Positions 41,020 through 51,153 of a DNA stretch of 64,000 nucleotides are shown piece after piece. The DNA lies in NCBI GenBank assembly GCA_963737265.1, contig CAVTRY010000011.1, positions 448,001 to 512,000 on the forward strand, in the 5' to 3' direction. How positions within the stretch are numbered: the first letter of the stretch is position 1; each line of letters opens with the position of its first letter. Under the pieces are notes generated by a model. The model was not told the origin of the DNA. It ran no database searches and saw only the letters and a program-made list of their open reading frames with translations. The position numbers were made by a program, and so were the translations under genes. The stretch is from an uncultured delta proteobacterium. Its GTDB lineage: Bacteria > Myxococcota_A > Polyangia > Fen-1088.

Positions 41020-43128
41020 ATGATGTCGAAGAGCAAGTCGAAGTCCAGCGCACACACCCGGGCCAAGGCCAAGGCAAGGGCAAAGGCGAGCAAGAAGCCA
41101 GCGGCGACCGAGGCGAAGCCACTGGAGAATGGCGAGGTGGGAAAAAACGATCTGATGTACGGCGGCTTCCTGCTCCAGCTTGGCGACCACGACCTGCGCG
41201 AGAAGGAGCCCGCCGTGTACGGCGGCCTGATTCGCAAGCCAATCTTCAAGGACATGAAGGCCGCAGTCGCCCCTGGCGCCACCTCCGGCAACCTCATCAA
41301 TCGTGTCAACTTGGTCGCGGCCCTGCGGGACAATCTTTGGCACCTCGGCTTCTGGGTTTTTGCGCGCCAGCAAACTGGCAAGGGTGGCGTTGTCCGGCCA
41401 GTGGCATCAGACGCTTTCGACTGGCAAACCGCCTGGGCCGTGCGCGAATTCCAGATCGCCGCATCCATGCCCAACGTCGCCGTCGAAGACGTGAACAAGA
41501 AACCATCCGAAGATGAAGCCAAGAAGAAGGGCAGCTACCTCTCGCGCCTCTCGGCCAAGCCGAATGACAAGGTGTTCAATAATCCGCCATGCGGAGTCGT
41601 CACTTCGGAAACTGCCAACCTCATTGAGTACTGGATTGAACAACACTACCGCTGTCCCGTGGTCATCCAGGCCATGAAGATGGTTCCGGGACCGAAGCCC
41701 AAGGCAAAGAAGAAGGCGCCGCTTGTCATCGACAGCGTTCGGGTCGAGAACATTTGGCGCCACGACGAGGTCACGGCCGCAAATACGAAGATGTACGCCT
41801 GGGACTTCTCGGGCCACTATGACTTTCCTGGCGACCATACAAACGAACAGATTCCCGTCGGCAGTTTTAAGGCCAAAGGGAACTTCTGCGGGCCCATCGG
41901 GGATCGAAGAGATAGCTGGCCGGTAGCGCGGGTGACCCCGCAATCCTGGCGCGGAAAAGACTGGGCCTCGATGACCAGCAAGGAAAAGTCCACCTGGCGA
42001 GCCATCATGGCGGTGGCAGACCAGGAATGCGGCGGCGGCCTTGACGTCGTCAATTTCTGGGACAACTGCCACGGCTCCGCGGGACACTACCATTGGACCA
42101 TGCCCAAATCCAATGGGTCGGGTGGCGAGTTCTGCGGTCTAATGGCCATGCTGGAAGCGAAATTCCCCCAGGCTTTCAAGAAGTGCTTTGCTCAATTCGG
42201 CCTGTGGGGTCCGCGTTGGGTGGGCTCCACGGCCTCGGATAGGCGCGAGCAACTTCTTCCAGGCGTCACGTACGGCGGCTATGTGTACATCAAGGACGTG
42301 AACGGCAAATTCGTGCCTCAGCCGGAAGAGGGCAAGTTTCGCGAAGGTAACTGGCTGCGAAGCTGGCACGCGGCCTACCGTCTAGAGATGGCCGCGCGCA
42401 CCTGCGCGGACTATCGCAAGGCCATGTGGGACTACGCGCTGACGCGCCTCCAGGGCCTGCTTACCATGTCTGAGGTCGACGCCTGGCTACCTGCCGCATG
42501 CAAGACACCTGGCAAGCGCGTGACTCTGGGTGACGTCTTTACCAGCGAGCGAGGTGTGGCCTTCATCCTGCGCCTGCACGTCTGGCGACCGACCAGCTTC
42601 ACTAGCAAGACGCGGGAGCAAGTAGAGGTGAAGAACAAGAAGACCAGGAAGATCGAGAAGAAATGGGTTGGTCTGCCGATTCTTCACGATGCCTTGAAGA
42701 AGCTCATGGCCGAGGGAACGCTGATGAATGAGGATGGGTCGCCGATGACGGACGACACCGGCATCCTCAAATGGGAGATTCCCGTCAAGCAGTGGGAGGA
42801 TCGTCACGAGTGCAAACTGCTCGATGCAATGCTCAACTTCGCGGGACAGTACACCATGCAAGGCGCCAAGGGCAGCCTTCAACGTGCGCGATTCTGGCCG
42901 CTTCTAGTCGATGAAAAGACCTCCTACGGGCTTGTGTTGGAAAAGACTGGGCCAGACGAAAAGGGAAAGCCCGCCAAGACGATCAGCCCGAGCCTTGCGG
43001 TTCGACAGAATTCCCCGGGCCTTCCACGACGCCCAGGACGCGGAAAAGGCCAAGAGGCGGCGATTCGTCGTGATCTGGAGGAATTTCAGCCTAGCCCAAC
43101 GAGGAAATCCTTCCAATTGACGGATTGA
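41020..43128 (+). CDS. Putative peptidoglycan-binding, lysozyme-like hydrolase (possible toxin/effector)
   Basis: Lys-rich N-terminus; degenerate PGBD (LRDNLWHLGF..FDWQTAWAVREFQ); QECGGGLDVVNFWDN..SAG..HWT resembles E..G..D..N.WD...S.G..QW muramidase-like motifs. Confidence 0.6.
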   Translation: MMSKSKSKSSAHTRAKAKARAKASKKPAATEAKPLENGEVGKNDLMYGGFLLQLGDHDLREKEPAVYGGLIRKPIFKDMKAAVAPGATSGNLINRVNLVAALRDNLWHLGFWVFARQQTGKGGVVRPVASDAFDWQTAWAVREFQIAASMPNVAVEDVNKKPSEDEAKKKGSYLSRLSAKPNDKVFNNPPCGVVTSETANLIEYWIEQHYRCPVVIQAMKMVPGPKPKAKKKAPLVIDSVRVENIWRHDEVTAANTKMYAWDFSGHYDFPGDHTNEQIPVGSFKAKGNFCGPIGDRRDSWPVARVTPQSWRGKDWASMTSKEKSTWRAIMAVADQECGGGLDVVNFWDNCHGSAGHYHWTMPKSNGSGGEFCGLMAMLEAKFPQAFKKCFAQFGLWGPRWVGSTASDRREQLLPGVTYGGYVYIKDVNGKFVPQPEEGKFREGNWLRSWHAAYRLEMAARTCADYRKAMWDYALTRLQGLLTMSEVDAWLPAACKTPGKRVTLGDVFTSERGVAFILRLHVWRPTSFTSKTREQVEVKNKKTRKIEKKWVGLPILHDALKKLMAEGTLMNEDGSPMTDDTGILKWEIPVKQWEDRHECKLLDAMLNFAGQYTMQGAKGSLQRARFWPLLVDEKTSYGLVLEKTGPDEKGKPAKTISPSLAVRQNSPGLPRRPGRGKGQEAAIRRDLEEFQPSPTRKSFQLTD

Positions 43129-43401
43129 CCTGCGCGCGGTGAACTATTGTCTCACACCTGCGTTCTCTGCCTTTTCCCACTCCGAAAGGTCGGCGCACTC
43201 CTCCGGCTTGCTATTGCACTTGGTACGCGTGCACAATGACCTTCCTCGTTGGATAGATGCAGACGGAACGAATGGCGCTGCCTGGCCGTTCGACCACACC
43301 GACGCTCGTGTTGACGTCGGAGGCCTCCAGGTCTGAAGTGGACCCCAAAAATGGGACCAGGAGCTAAGGTGTAGTCCGCCTCAACAACGAGGCAGGACAC
43401 G

Positions 43402-43695
43402 ATGAAAACGAACCGCCAAAAGCACACAGCACTCTTCAAGGCGCAGGTAGCTCTCGAAGCCATGCGGGAGCAGGCAACGGTTGTGGAGATCGGGCGCCGA
43501 TACAAGATCAACCCGAACCTGGTTCACAAGTGGAAGAAGGAAGCCGTCACACGGCTGGCCATGGTTTTCGAACCAGGCCATGCAAATGCAGAGGAATCGG
43601 CGAACGCCGAACGCGAATCGGAATTGCTGCGCAAGGTGGGGCAGCTGACGCTGGAGAATGATTTTTTAGCACGCGGGCTCGCGCGCATTCGCTGA
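43402..43695 (+). CDS. IS3 transposase OrfA
   Basis: HTH FKAQVALEA...WKK, GQLTLENDFL; slippery TTTTTTA at 43662-43668 for -1 frameshift into OrfB. Confidence 0.95.
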   Translation: MKTNRQKHTALFKAQVALEAMREQATVVEIGRRYKINPNLVHKWKKEAVTRLAMVFEPGHANAEESANAERESELLRKVGQLTLENDFLARGLARIR

Positions 43696-43709
43696 CGGAG
43701 AAGCGCGCC

Positions 43710-44546
43710 ATGATCGAGCCCCACAACGACCTATCTGTCCGTCGGCAGTGCGAGCTGCTGAATCTTGCGAGATCGGGCATCTACTGGGAGCCGATGCCGA
43801 TGGCAGAGGAAGATCTGGCCATCTGCAAGGAGCTGGACAAGCTGCATCTTGAATTGCCAGCATTCGGCAGCCGGAAGCTGTCACGGTTGCTAAAGGCACA
43901 GGGGCAGACGGTGAATCGCAAACGGGTGCAGAGACTGATGCGAATCATGGGCATCGAAGCGCTGGCGCCCAAACCACGGACGACCGTGCCCGCGCCGGAA
44001 CATACGAAATTCCCGTACTTGCTGCGCCATCTCGCGATCATTCGGCCCAATCAGGTGTGGGCCTCGGATATCACGTACATCCCGACGAGACAGGGGCATT
44101 GCTACCTGGTCGCCGTGATGGATTGGTACACGCGCCGGGTTCTGTCCTGGCGCATTTCAAACACGATGGACAGCCGTTTTTGCATCGAGGTCGTGGAAGA
44201 AGCTCTTGCGAACTTCGGCTTGCCGGAGATCTTCAACACCGACCAGGGGTCGCAGTTTACCGACGACAACTTCACATCGGTTTTGCTGGACAAGGGCGTA
44301 AAGGTCAGCATGGACGGTCGCGGCCGATTCATGGACAACATCTTCGTCGAGCGTCTATGGCGGTCTGTCAAATGCGAGGAGGTCTACTTGAACGACTACC
44401 GAGACGTGGCCGACGCCCGCAGTGGCATCGCGATCTACCTGGACAAGTACAACCACAGGCGGCCTCACCAAACCCTTGGATTTCAGACACCCGTAGCGTT
44501 TTACGAATTCGAACTAAAGAAGTCGGCGATGAAAGAGGCCGCCTAA
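43710..44546 (+). CDS. IS3 transposase OrfB (DDE integrase)
   Basis: WASDITYI, NTDQGSQF, DNIFVERLWRSVK, YN..RPH. Confidence 0.97.
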   Translation: MIEPHNDLSVRRQCELLNLARSGIYWEPMPMAEEDLAICKELDKLHLELPAFGSRKLSRLLKAQGQTVNRKRVQRLMRIMGIEALAPKPRTTVPAPEHTKFPYLLRHLAIIRPNQVWASDITYIPTRQGHCYLVAVMDWYTRRVLSWRISNTMDSRFCIEVVEEALANFGLPEIFNTDQGSQFTDDNFTSVLLDKGVKVSMDGRGRFMDNIFVERLWRSVKCEEVYLNDYRDVADARSGIAIYLDKYNHRRPHQTLGFQTPVAFYEFELKKSAMKEAA

Positions 44547-46179
44547 ATCGCCGCTGCATCATGCTGATGGCACGCTGCCCACAACTGCAACGCGTTCACC
44601 TGCTTCTGTGGGGCCGTGCGCGCATTGCATCCGTGGACAGCAGCCATCAGCATGCCTCCGCTCTCAACAATTTCCTTGCCGGCGAGGCTCACCCGGATCT
44701 ACAAACAAACCCACGCGGACTCTCTCTTAGCTCGGGCCATTTCTGGTCCTACCAAAGGGGTCCACTTCAGTCCACCTGCGGGTCGTTGTAGTTGAGCTCG
44801 GTGTTCCGACCCAATATCTCCCGATAGTCGCCAAGACGGCCGCAACCGATTGTCACGGAAAATGCGTTCCAGCGAATGGTTGGAAGGCCGTATCCGTTCA
44901 AACCCGACGATGACAAATCTTCCCATCGACCGTCCCACCCGAAGACTAGATCGCCTAGGCCGTCGCCGTTGATATCCCCCGCCCAAACGATCCTTCCGTC
45001 ACGCTCTCCGGTCGGATTGCCCTTCCATGCCGTCGTTCCAGTGAGATCCCAGGCCGGCAGGCCACGATCCTCGTCCGGCGGGTGGCTTGAACACCAAGCC
45101 AGGGTTTGGGCGCGCAGCTTCGACTGAGCCGCTCGCGCAGCAATCGCCTTCCTGCGTGCCTCGTTGGCCGTCGCGCATTTTGTTGCCCCCAGGCTGCATG
45201 GTCCTCCGCAGAGAGCGCGGTTGAATGCGGTGCCGGGCGCATCGGGCGCGGGTAACCCGCTGAGGCATCTGATGCATGAGGCGTCGTCGCCCCGGTGATA
45301 GTTGACCATGGCCTCATCCTTGGCGAGGGCTTCGGCAACATCCGGCGTAATTTCCTTGCCGCAAGTGCGGCGGTACTTGGTGATCAGGCGCAGGGCGCTG
45401 TCGCGAAAGGCGGCCTTGTCCAATTTTGTGACGAGCTGGCGAGCTTTCTTGAAATCGCACGGTACGGTCTGATCCGAATCGTAGTCCTCCACCGTTCGGT
45501 CTCGGTCCTTGGCGCGTCTGATATCCTCTTCAATTTCCTCCTGGCGCTTCTTGACGCCGGCCTTGCAACTCCCCGCAAGAAGCGCCTTGGAACAATCGCC
45601 GCCACAGTAGCCGAACGACTTGTTGATTTCGCCTGCCGGCCCACCGCGCTCGACCAGCCGCAAGCCACGCTCGGCGACACGCCGGCAGCCGTCGAGGCCG
45701 GGGGGATCGTCTTTCAGAAACATCCTGACGATCTGGATGAGTATGTCGAGGTGGTCGCTGCTGTCGATCTTCCCCTTACAGAGTTCCAGCTCATGCTCGA
45801 AGGATCGAATCGTGTCCGCCGTCTTAATCGACGCGGCTTTGTCGAATCCGCGGTTGAGAACCTTGTGATAAGTACACTCCGCATCTTCCGCCGCCGCCGT
45901 TTTGGCCACCCCCGCGCAGGCGCAAACGACCGCGAGCGACAGCCACCAGCGGCGGGATGTCGGCGCGGCGTCGCCGCGTGTTCTATTTATCGAAAGGTCC
46001 TCTCGGACAAACCAGCCAAACATGCCAACGGTCTGCCTGGCAGTCGGAAATCTGTCAAGCAGGCATCGCGAGGCGTGCAACCGCAGCTTCCCAGCGATGC
46101 TGTGGTCGGTGGTGCTTGCCTGGCCTCCGGGTAGGCGTTCCCCAGCGATCGGGTGGAACCGAAAAGCGTTTTGGATCGG

Positions 46180-48321
46180 CTACGGTTTGTACTCGTCTGC
46201 CCCGCAGTCGCAGGCCGTGCCTTGCGGGCGGGTGTTGCCGTCGATGTCGTCGGGCGGGCAGGTATTGCCGCCGGCGTTCACACAGGGCGATGTTGCTGAC
46301 AGGTGGTAGGGGACGCTGCTGAAGGCTGGCGCCGCCGTGGATGTCGTGGCGTCGGTTTGGCAGTTGGCGGAGAAATTGGCGGTGCCGTTGCCGTTCGCGA
46401 GAATTCCGGTGACGGCGTAGGTGGCACCGCATACCACGCCGCCGAATCCATTGTTCACAACGGTATTGAACGCGAACTTGGTCGGGCCCGTTCCTGTGTA
46501 GGCACCGAGGTTGACCCCGGGAAAATTCATTCCGCCATTGCCCGCGATCACGGTATTGACGATGTCGAAGGCCGACGCGGTGGTCAGGATGCCGGTGCCG
46601 GTGTTGCCAAGCACATAGCAGCGATCCATGTGCAGGATGGACTCGCCGGTGACGCTGACGCCAACACCGTAGCCACCGGAAATCGTGAGGTCGCGCAAGG
46701 TGACTTCGCCGGCCGTGATTGCCACCACCGGAATCGCACCGCCCGGCGGACGCCCGAGGATCGCCGATGCTTGTCCCGCGACCAGCACGGGCTTGGTGGT
46801 GACTGCGAAAACCAGGTTCGTCGTTGGCGCGACAGTGCCCCGTACCACAATGACCGACTTGGTCGCCGACAGAGCCGCAACGGCGTCATCGGGAAAGCAG
46901 AACGGCGATGCCGCCGTGCCGATGCCTCGGTTGAGCGTGGAGCACGAGGGGCTATTCTGCACGTAGATGAGGTTGGCGTCCGGGCAGGCGCCGCTGAGGT
47001 CGCAAACCCCCGCAGTCGAGATGCCCACGCATTCCGAGTCGCCCTTGCACGTGCGGCACTTGTTGGTGTCGCAGATGGGATTGGCGGCGGCGCAGTCGGA
47101 ATTGAGCAGACAGCCCACGCACTGGCCGCCCACTGTCGCCGTGGTCGAGGGGGCGCACACGGGTGTGGCTCCGCCGCACGGATTGGTGGCAACCTTGTCG
47201 CAACCTGTGCAGGAGTTGGCTACGCAGAAGTGCTTGGCCGCGCTGGCGGTGCAGAGGGTGCTGTCGACGCACTCCACGCACTGGCCGGCCAGCACGCCGG
47301 TGGCGGCGCACGCGGCCTTCGCGCCCGTGCACGCGGTGGCGCCCGCGTTCTGGCAGCCGGTGCAGACGTTGTTCACGCAGAACCCCTTAGCCGGATCCGC
47401 CGTACAACCGCTGGCATCCACGCATTCCACGCACTGGCCGGCAAGCGTGCCGGTGGTGGCACACGCGGTCCTGCCGTCGGTCCTAGCCGCGCACCCGGCG
47501 GCACCCGTCGTGCCGCAGCCGGTGCACGCGTTGGCCACGCAGAAAGCCTTGGCCGGATCGGCCGCGCACTGGCCATCCGCCATGCACTGCACGCACTGGC
47601 CCGCGGCAGTCCCGCTGCTGGCACAGACCGTCTTCCCGTTGGTACGCGTGGCACAGCCAGTGGCGCCCGTCGTATTGCAGCCCGCGCATGTGTTGGCCAC
47701 GCAGAAGCCTTTGGCCGGATCTTTCGTGCATTGCCCGTCCGCCGTGCAATCGACGCATTTTCCAGAGACCGGATCGCACACCTGCGTTCCGCAAGCACTC
47801 GCGCCCGCCGCCTGGCAGCCCACGCACACTTCCGCCACGCAAAACGCATTCGCTGAGTTGGTGCAGTCGCTGTTCACGCCGCAGCTGCCCGCTGAATCGG
47901 GCACGCGCGAATCGACCGCGCTATCGACTCCGTGCGCGTCGATGGCAGCATCGAGCGCGCCTGAGTCGCGCGGCTCGATGGAGGCGTCCGATGCCGGCTG
48001 CACATCCGATGCAACAGCCGGCGCATCGCTTGCCGGCCTGTCTGCCGGTCTATCGCCTGACCCTGCGCCGTCTGTCCCCACACCTTTCGCGTCGGCCGTG
48101 GCGTCCGCGCTCGCCCCGCCATCGATGAGCTTCGCGCAACCTGGATCCGTGGCGGTGCCGTCGCAGACGCAGACATTCCTGCTTGGGTCGCAAGTGAAGC
48201 CAGCGCCGCATTCGTCGCTGGTCGCGCACGCGACCTCCTCCGACTTGGTGGGAAGGCACGCGGGCAGGGCCGCCGAAAGGAATCCGACAAGAACACAAAG
48301 GCGAAGCAAGGATGCGCGCAT
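46180..48321 (-). CDS. Cys-rich repeat lipoprotein with C-terminal parallel beta-helix
   Basis: LPAC lipobox; about five C..C....C..DPAK.FCVAN.C.GC repeats; beta-helix; SPCVNAG...DIDG..RPQG..CDCGADE end. Confidence 0.8.
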   Translation of the reverse strand: MRASLLRLCVLVGFLSAALPACLPTKSEEVACATSDECGAGFTCDPSRNVCVCDGTATDPGCAKLIDGGASADATADAKGVGTDGAGSGDRPADRPASDAPAVASDVQPASDASIEPRDSGALDAAIDAHGVDSAVDSRVPDSAGSCGVNSDCTNSANAFCVAEVCVGCQAAGASACGTQVCDPVSGKCVDCTADGQCTKDPAKGFCVANTCAGCNTTGATGCATRTNGKTVCASSGTAAGQCVQCMADGQCAADPAKAFCVANACTGCGTTGAAGCAARTDGRTACATTGTLAGQCVECVDASGCTADPAKGFCVNNVCTGCQNAGATACTGAKAACAATGVLAGQCVECVDSTLCTASAAKHFCVANSCTGCDKVATNPCGGATPVCAPSTTATVGGQCVGCLLNSDCAAANPICDTNKCRTCKGDSECVGISTAGVCDLSGACPDANLIYVQNSPSCSTLNRGIGTAASPFCFPDDAVAALSATKSVIVVRGTVAPTTNLVFAVTTKPVLVAGQASAILGRPPGGAIPVVAITAGEVTLRDLTISGGYGVGVSVTGESILHMDRCYVLGNTGTGILTTASAFDIVNTVIAGNGGMNFPGVNLGAYTGTGPTKFAFNTVVNNGFGGVVCGATYAVTGILANGNGTANFSANCQTDATTSTAAPAFSSVPYHLSATSPCVNAGGNTCPPDDIDGNTRPQGTACDCGADEYKP

Positions 48322-48323
48322 GG

Positions 48324-49235
48324 CTAGAACCTCACGCTGAGCGCCACATGGTTGGGGGATGCCGAAACCGAGGTCGTCGACGAGGGTGTGGTGATTTCCC
48401 AAATCACCCCCGCCACGACGAGCACGCCCCCGCCCACCAGGCCGATTACGCCCAAGGTGTGGGAAGAATAGACGTCGCACATCTTGGCGGTCGGGCCGGC
48501 CGAGCACGTCCCGGTGGACTTGCCGTCCTCGTAAAGCCCCCAAGCGCCGTAGCCGATAGCCAAGACCCCCACGCCCATCACCGTCCACGGCACCCACGCC
48601 ACTCCGCCTGACTCCGGCGGCGGCGGCGGCTCAACCAGATTTGCGGCGGGCGTCGGGCCAGGCGCCGATTCCGCTGCCGGCGCCGCTTCCGCCGGAATAG
48701 ATTTCTCTTCCGCGGTTGGGGTCGCGGCCTCCGCCATGGCAGCCGCGTCGGCAACGAGCCGCTCCGTCTCGCCCGCCAGGGCCTTGCGGACATTGGTGGC
48801 CACGGCCTCGGCGAGCTCGGCGCCCGAGCACACCGCGCACTCGCCACCGAATTCCCCTACCCATCCGCTCCCGTTCCTGCCGTTCTTGCTCCAAACCTTG
48901 ACGGTGAAGCTATACACGCTGCCGCTGTAGTTGCCGTCGATGGAGAGGACGGTTTCGACCAGCTCGCGCTGGGCAATCTCGCGCGGGCAGTCCTTGGCCA
49001 GGCAGCCGTTGGGGCCGGTTTCCACCTTTAGCGGCGCCCAGCCGCTGTCCTTCACGCTGGCCTCGACCTTTTCCCACACCTTGGAGCGATACTTCTGTGC
49101 CTTGGGCGCGAAGGCGATGGATTCCCCGACCACCACATGCTTCGCCTCCGCGCCGCCCGTTTCCGCCCAGGCCACGCCCGCGCCGGTCAGGATCAGCGTC
49201 ACCAGAAGAACCATCTTGACTAGTCTGTTTCGCAT
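48324..49235 (-). CDS. Secreted hypothetical protein (myxobacterial type, Gly-rich C-terminal hairpin)
   Basis: AAGGAG SD, signal peptide, C...C motifs, C-terminal hydrophobic helices and terminal F. Confidence 0.7.
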   Translation of the reverse strand: MRNRLVKMVLLVTLILTGAGVAWAETGGAEAKHVVVGESIAFAPKAQKYRSKVWEKVEASVKDSGWAPLKVETGPNGCLAKDCPREIAQRELVETVLSIDGNYSGSVYSFTVKVWSKNGRNGSGWVGEFGGECAVCSGAELAEAVATNVRKALAGETERLVADAAAMAEAATPTAEEKSIPAEAAPAAESAPGPTPAANLVEPPPPPESGGVAWVPWTVMGVGVLAIGYGAWGLYEDGKSTGTCSAGPTAKMCDVYSSHTLGVIGLVGGGVLVVAGVIWEITTPSSTTSVSASPNHVALSVRF

Positions 49236-49262
49236 CGAGGCTCCTTTATTGCGCGCTTCAAG

Positions 49263-50951
49263 CTACTGATTGTCCAAGCGCTCGCGCGTGCTGTCCAGGC
49301 CGGCGCGAGCGTCGCTGTTTTCGGGATCCTTGGCCACAGCCTTGCGGAACTCGGCCTCGGCTTCCTTGAGTCGCTCCATCTTCAACAGAAGGCGGCCGGC
49401 CATGATACGCGCCTTGGCGCCGCCCCCGGCCCGCGCTGCCTGGCGCGCCAGTCGTAACGCCTTGTTGGGGTGTCCGTCCATCACCTGCGTCTCCGCGTCT
49501 TCTAGGAGCTCGCCGCTGCTTCGCCGAGGTTCGACGTGCGCCGGCTCCTCTAGTGGCTCCGCGGGCGGCGAATTCGTGGGCGGGGGCAACGCCTGCACCG
49601 CCGCTGGCGGAATTGTTTCCGGCAGCGAGAGCGTGGCCGCTGGCGCCACCACGCGCGCGTCTGGGTAGACCGCCAAAGCTCGGCTCGGGGACGATTGCAG
49701 CAGCGCTGGCATCGTCGCCCGCGCTGGGCTGCGCCGCGGAAAAATCGCCCAAAACACGGCAGGTACAGCGGCCGCGCACAGGACGATAAGTGCAAGCGCG
49801 CCCCATTTTCGGCGTGGACTGGGCGAGGTTTCCATGTCCCGTGCAGGCTGCTTGGGAGTGGGGACTTGGTCGAGCAGCGGCCGCGCCCCGGCGACCAGAG
49901 ACGCCAGCAGCTCGTCCTTTCGGACGGCGCTGTAGCGGGAAAGCAGCGTCGCCACCTGCCGCTCGCCGAGAAAAGCCGTCGGGATGAAATGCGACACGAC
50001 CTGCTGGAAGTCCTCGGCGCGCTGATAGCGAAACTCGGGATCCGCGGCCATCGCCTTGGCCACGATGCGATCGAGCGCAATGGAAATCTCGGAGTTGAAG
50101 GCGGAAGGCGGTGGAAATCGTTCGTTCGGCTCCGTCGATTCCGCGACGATGGATCCCGGATCCTTGCCCGAAAGCAGATACCAATAGAGCAGCCCCAGGG
50201 AATAGAGGTCGGCCCGGCGGTCGAGCTTCCCGCCCCGCGCCAGCTCCGGGGCGGTCCAGTTGGGCTTGCCGAGCCAGCCGCCCCGTTGGGTCAGGCCGTC
50301 CTCCAGCATGGTGGACTTGGCCACGCCGAAGTCGATCAGCTTCACCTCGCCGGTGAAGGAAAGCAAGACGTTCTCGGGCGTGACGTCGCGGTGGACGAGG
50401 CCACGCCCCTGGAAATCGTGCAGGTAGGCCAGCCCGCGCGCGATCTGGGAGACAATATACGAGGCGGTTGCGACCGGGATGGCGTCGCCGGTGGACGTGG
50501 CCGCCGAGACCAGCGAGCGGAGATCCTTGCCGTGCACGAATTCCTGAACCAGATAGGGGCCCTGTTCCTCGCCCGCGTGGTACGTCTGGGCGATCGAGCC
50601 GTGCGACAGCGACATCGCGATCTTGGCCTCGCGCCGAAAGCGCCGATCCATCTTGGGCGGCTCCCCCGCCGGAACATTCGCCCACACCGTGCCCATGCGC
50701 TTGACCACGCACAACTTCTCGGCGCCCTGGGTCCCCATGAGCGCCAGGTATACGCGGCCCATTCCGCCCTCGCCGAGAAACTGCATCAAGACGTAGGGCC
50801 CGAAACGGAAGGGAAACTTGCTTACCTCGTCTTCGCGCAGCTTGGGAGGACCGGGGATCGTCGTGGGAAAGGGCAGCGGAGCATCCGGCAACGTTGGGCA
50901 CGGGGCCGGATGCTTGAGCTTGCCTATTTTACCCTTGGGCATGGTCGCCAT
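49263..50951 (-). CDS. Ser/Thr protein kinase with TM and C-terminal TPR
   Basis: GEGGMGRVY, CVVKR, HRDVTPEN, DFG, APE; TPR AEAEFRKAVAKDP. Confidence 0.93.
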   Translation of the reverse strand: MATMPKGKIGKLKHPAPCPTLPDAPLPFPTTIPGPPKLREDEVSKFPFRFGPYVLMQFLGEGGMGRVYLALMGTQGAEKLCVVKRMGTVWANVPAGEPPKMDRRFRREAKIAMSLSHGSIAQTYHAGEEQGPYLVQEFVHGKDLRSLVSAATSTGDAIPVATASYIVSQIARGLAYLHDFQGRGLVHRDVTPENVLLSFTGEVKLIDFGVAKSTMLEDGLTQRGGWLGKPNWTAPELARGGKLDRRADLYSLGLLYWYLLSGKDPGSIVAESTEPNERFPPPSAFNSEISIALDRIVAKAMAADPEFRYQRAEDFQQVVSHFIPTAFLGERQVATLLSRYSAVRKDELLASLVAGARPLLDQVPTPKQPARDMETSPSPRRKWGALALIVLCAAAVPAVFWAIFPRRSPARATMPALLQSSPSRALAVYPDARVVAPAATLSLPETIPPAAVQALPPPTNSPPAEPLEEPAHVEPRRSSGELLEDAETQVMDGHPNKALRLARQAARAGGGAKARIMAGRLLLKMERLKEAEAEFRKAVAKDPENSDARAGLDSTRERLDNQ

Positions 50952-50954
50952 GAC

Positions 50955-50990
50955 TCAGGAATAATGGATAGTTCAGGAATAATAGATGGT
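50955..50990. repeat. 18-bp AT-rich imperfect tandem repeat directly upstream of the kinase start
   Basis: TCAGGAATAATGGATAGT / TCAGGAATAATAGATGGT (16/18). Confidence 0.75.
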
Positions 50991-51153
50991 TATGGTGATA
51001 GCAGCCCCGACGCCCAAGGGCAAACCCGGCGAGGCAACTGATTCGATGCTCCAGCAAAGCCTTCCGCGACGTCAAAGAAATGGCGCATGGAAACGTCGCC
51101 GCCCGACCGGCCTGCAAGAACAGCGGTAAGACGCTGCATCCGGGAAAGGGGTC

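Larger units (their letters stand above)
43334..44769 (+). mobile_element. IS3-family insertion sequence, 1436 bp, complete
   Basis: IRL TGAAGTGGACCCCAAAAATGGGACCAG, IRR reverse complement TGAAGTGGACCCCTTTGGTAGGACCAG; TG..CA ends; 3-bp GTC target duplication (43331-43333, 44770-44772). Confidence 0.97.
43144..46023 (-). pseudogene. Secreted Cys-rich protein gene interrupted by IS3
   Basis: 5' part ORF 44767-46080 (signal peptide, GDINGDGLGD motif) ends at the IS boundary. Removing the IS and one GTC restores ..NDPQVD-LEASDVNTSVGVVERPGS..; the Cys-rich tail ends at TAG 43144 after a further frameshift. Confidence 0.75.

Noticed and set aside
47050-47880. Spaced repeats as a possible array or DGR template
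   Set aside because: They are Cys-rich protein repeats within one ORF; no reverse transcriptase in the window.
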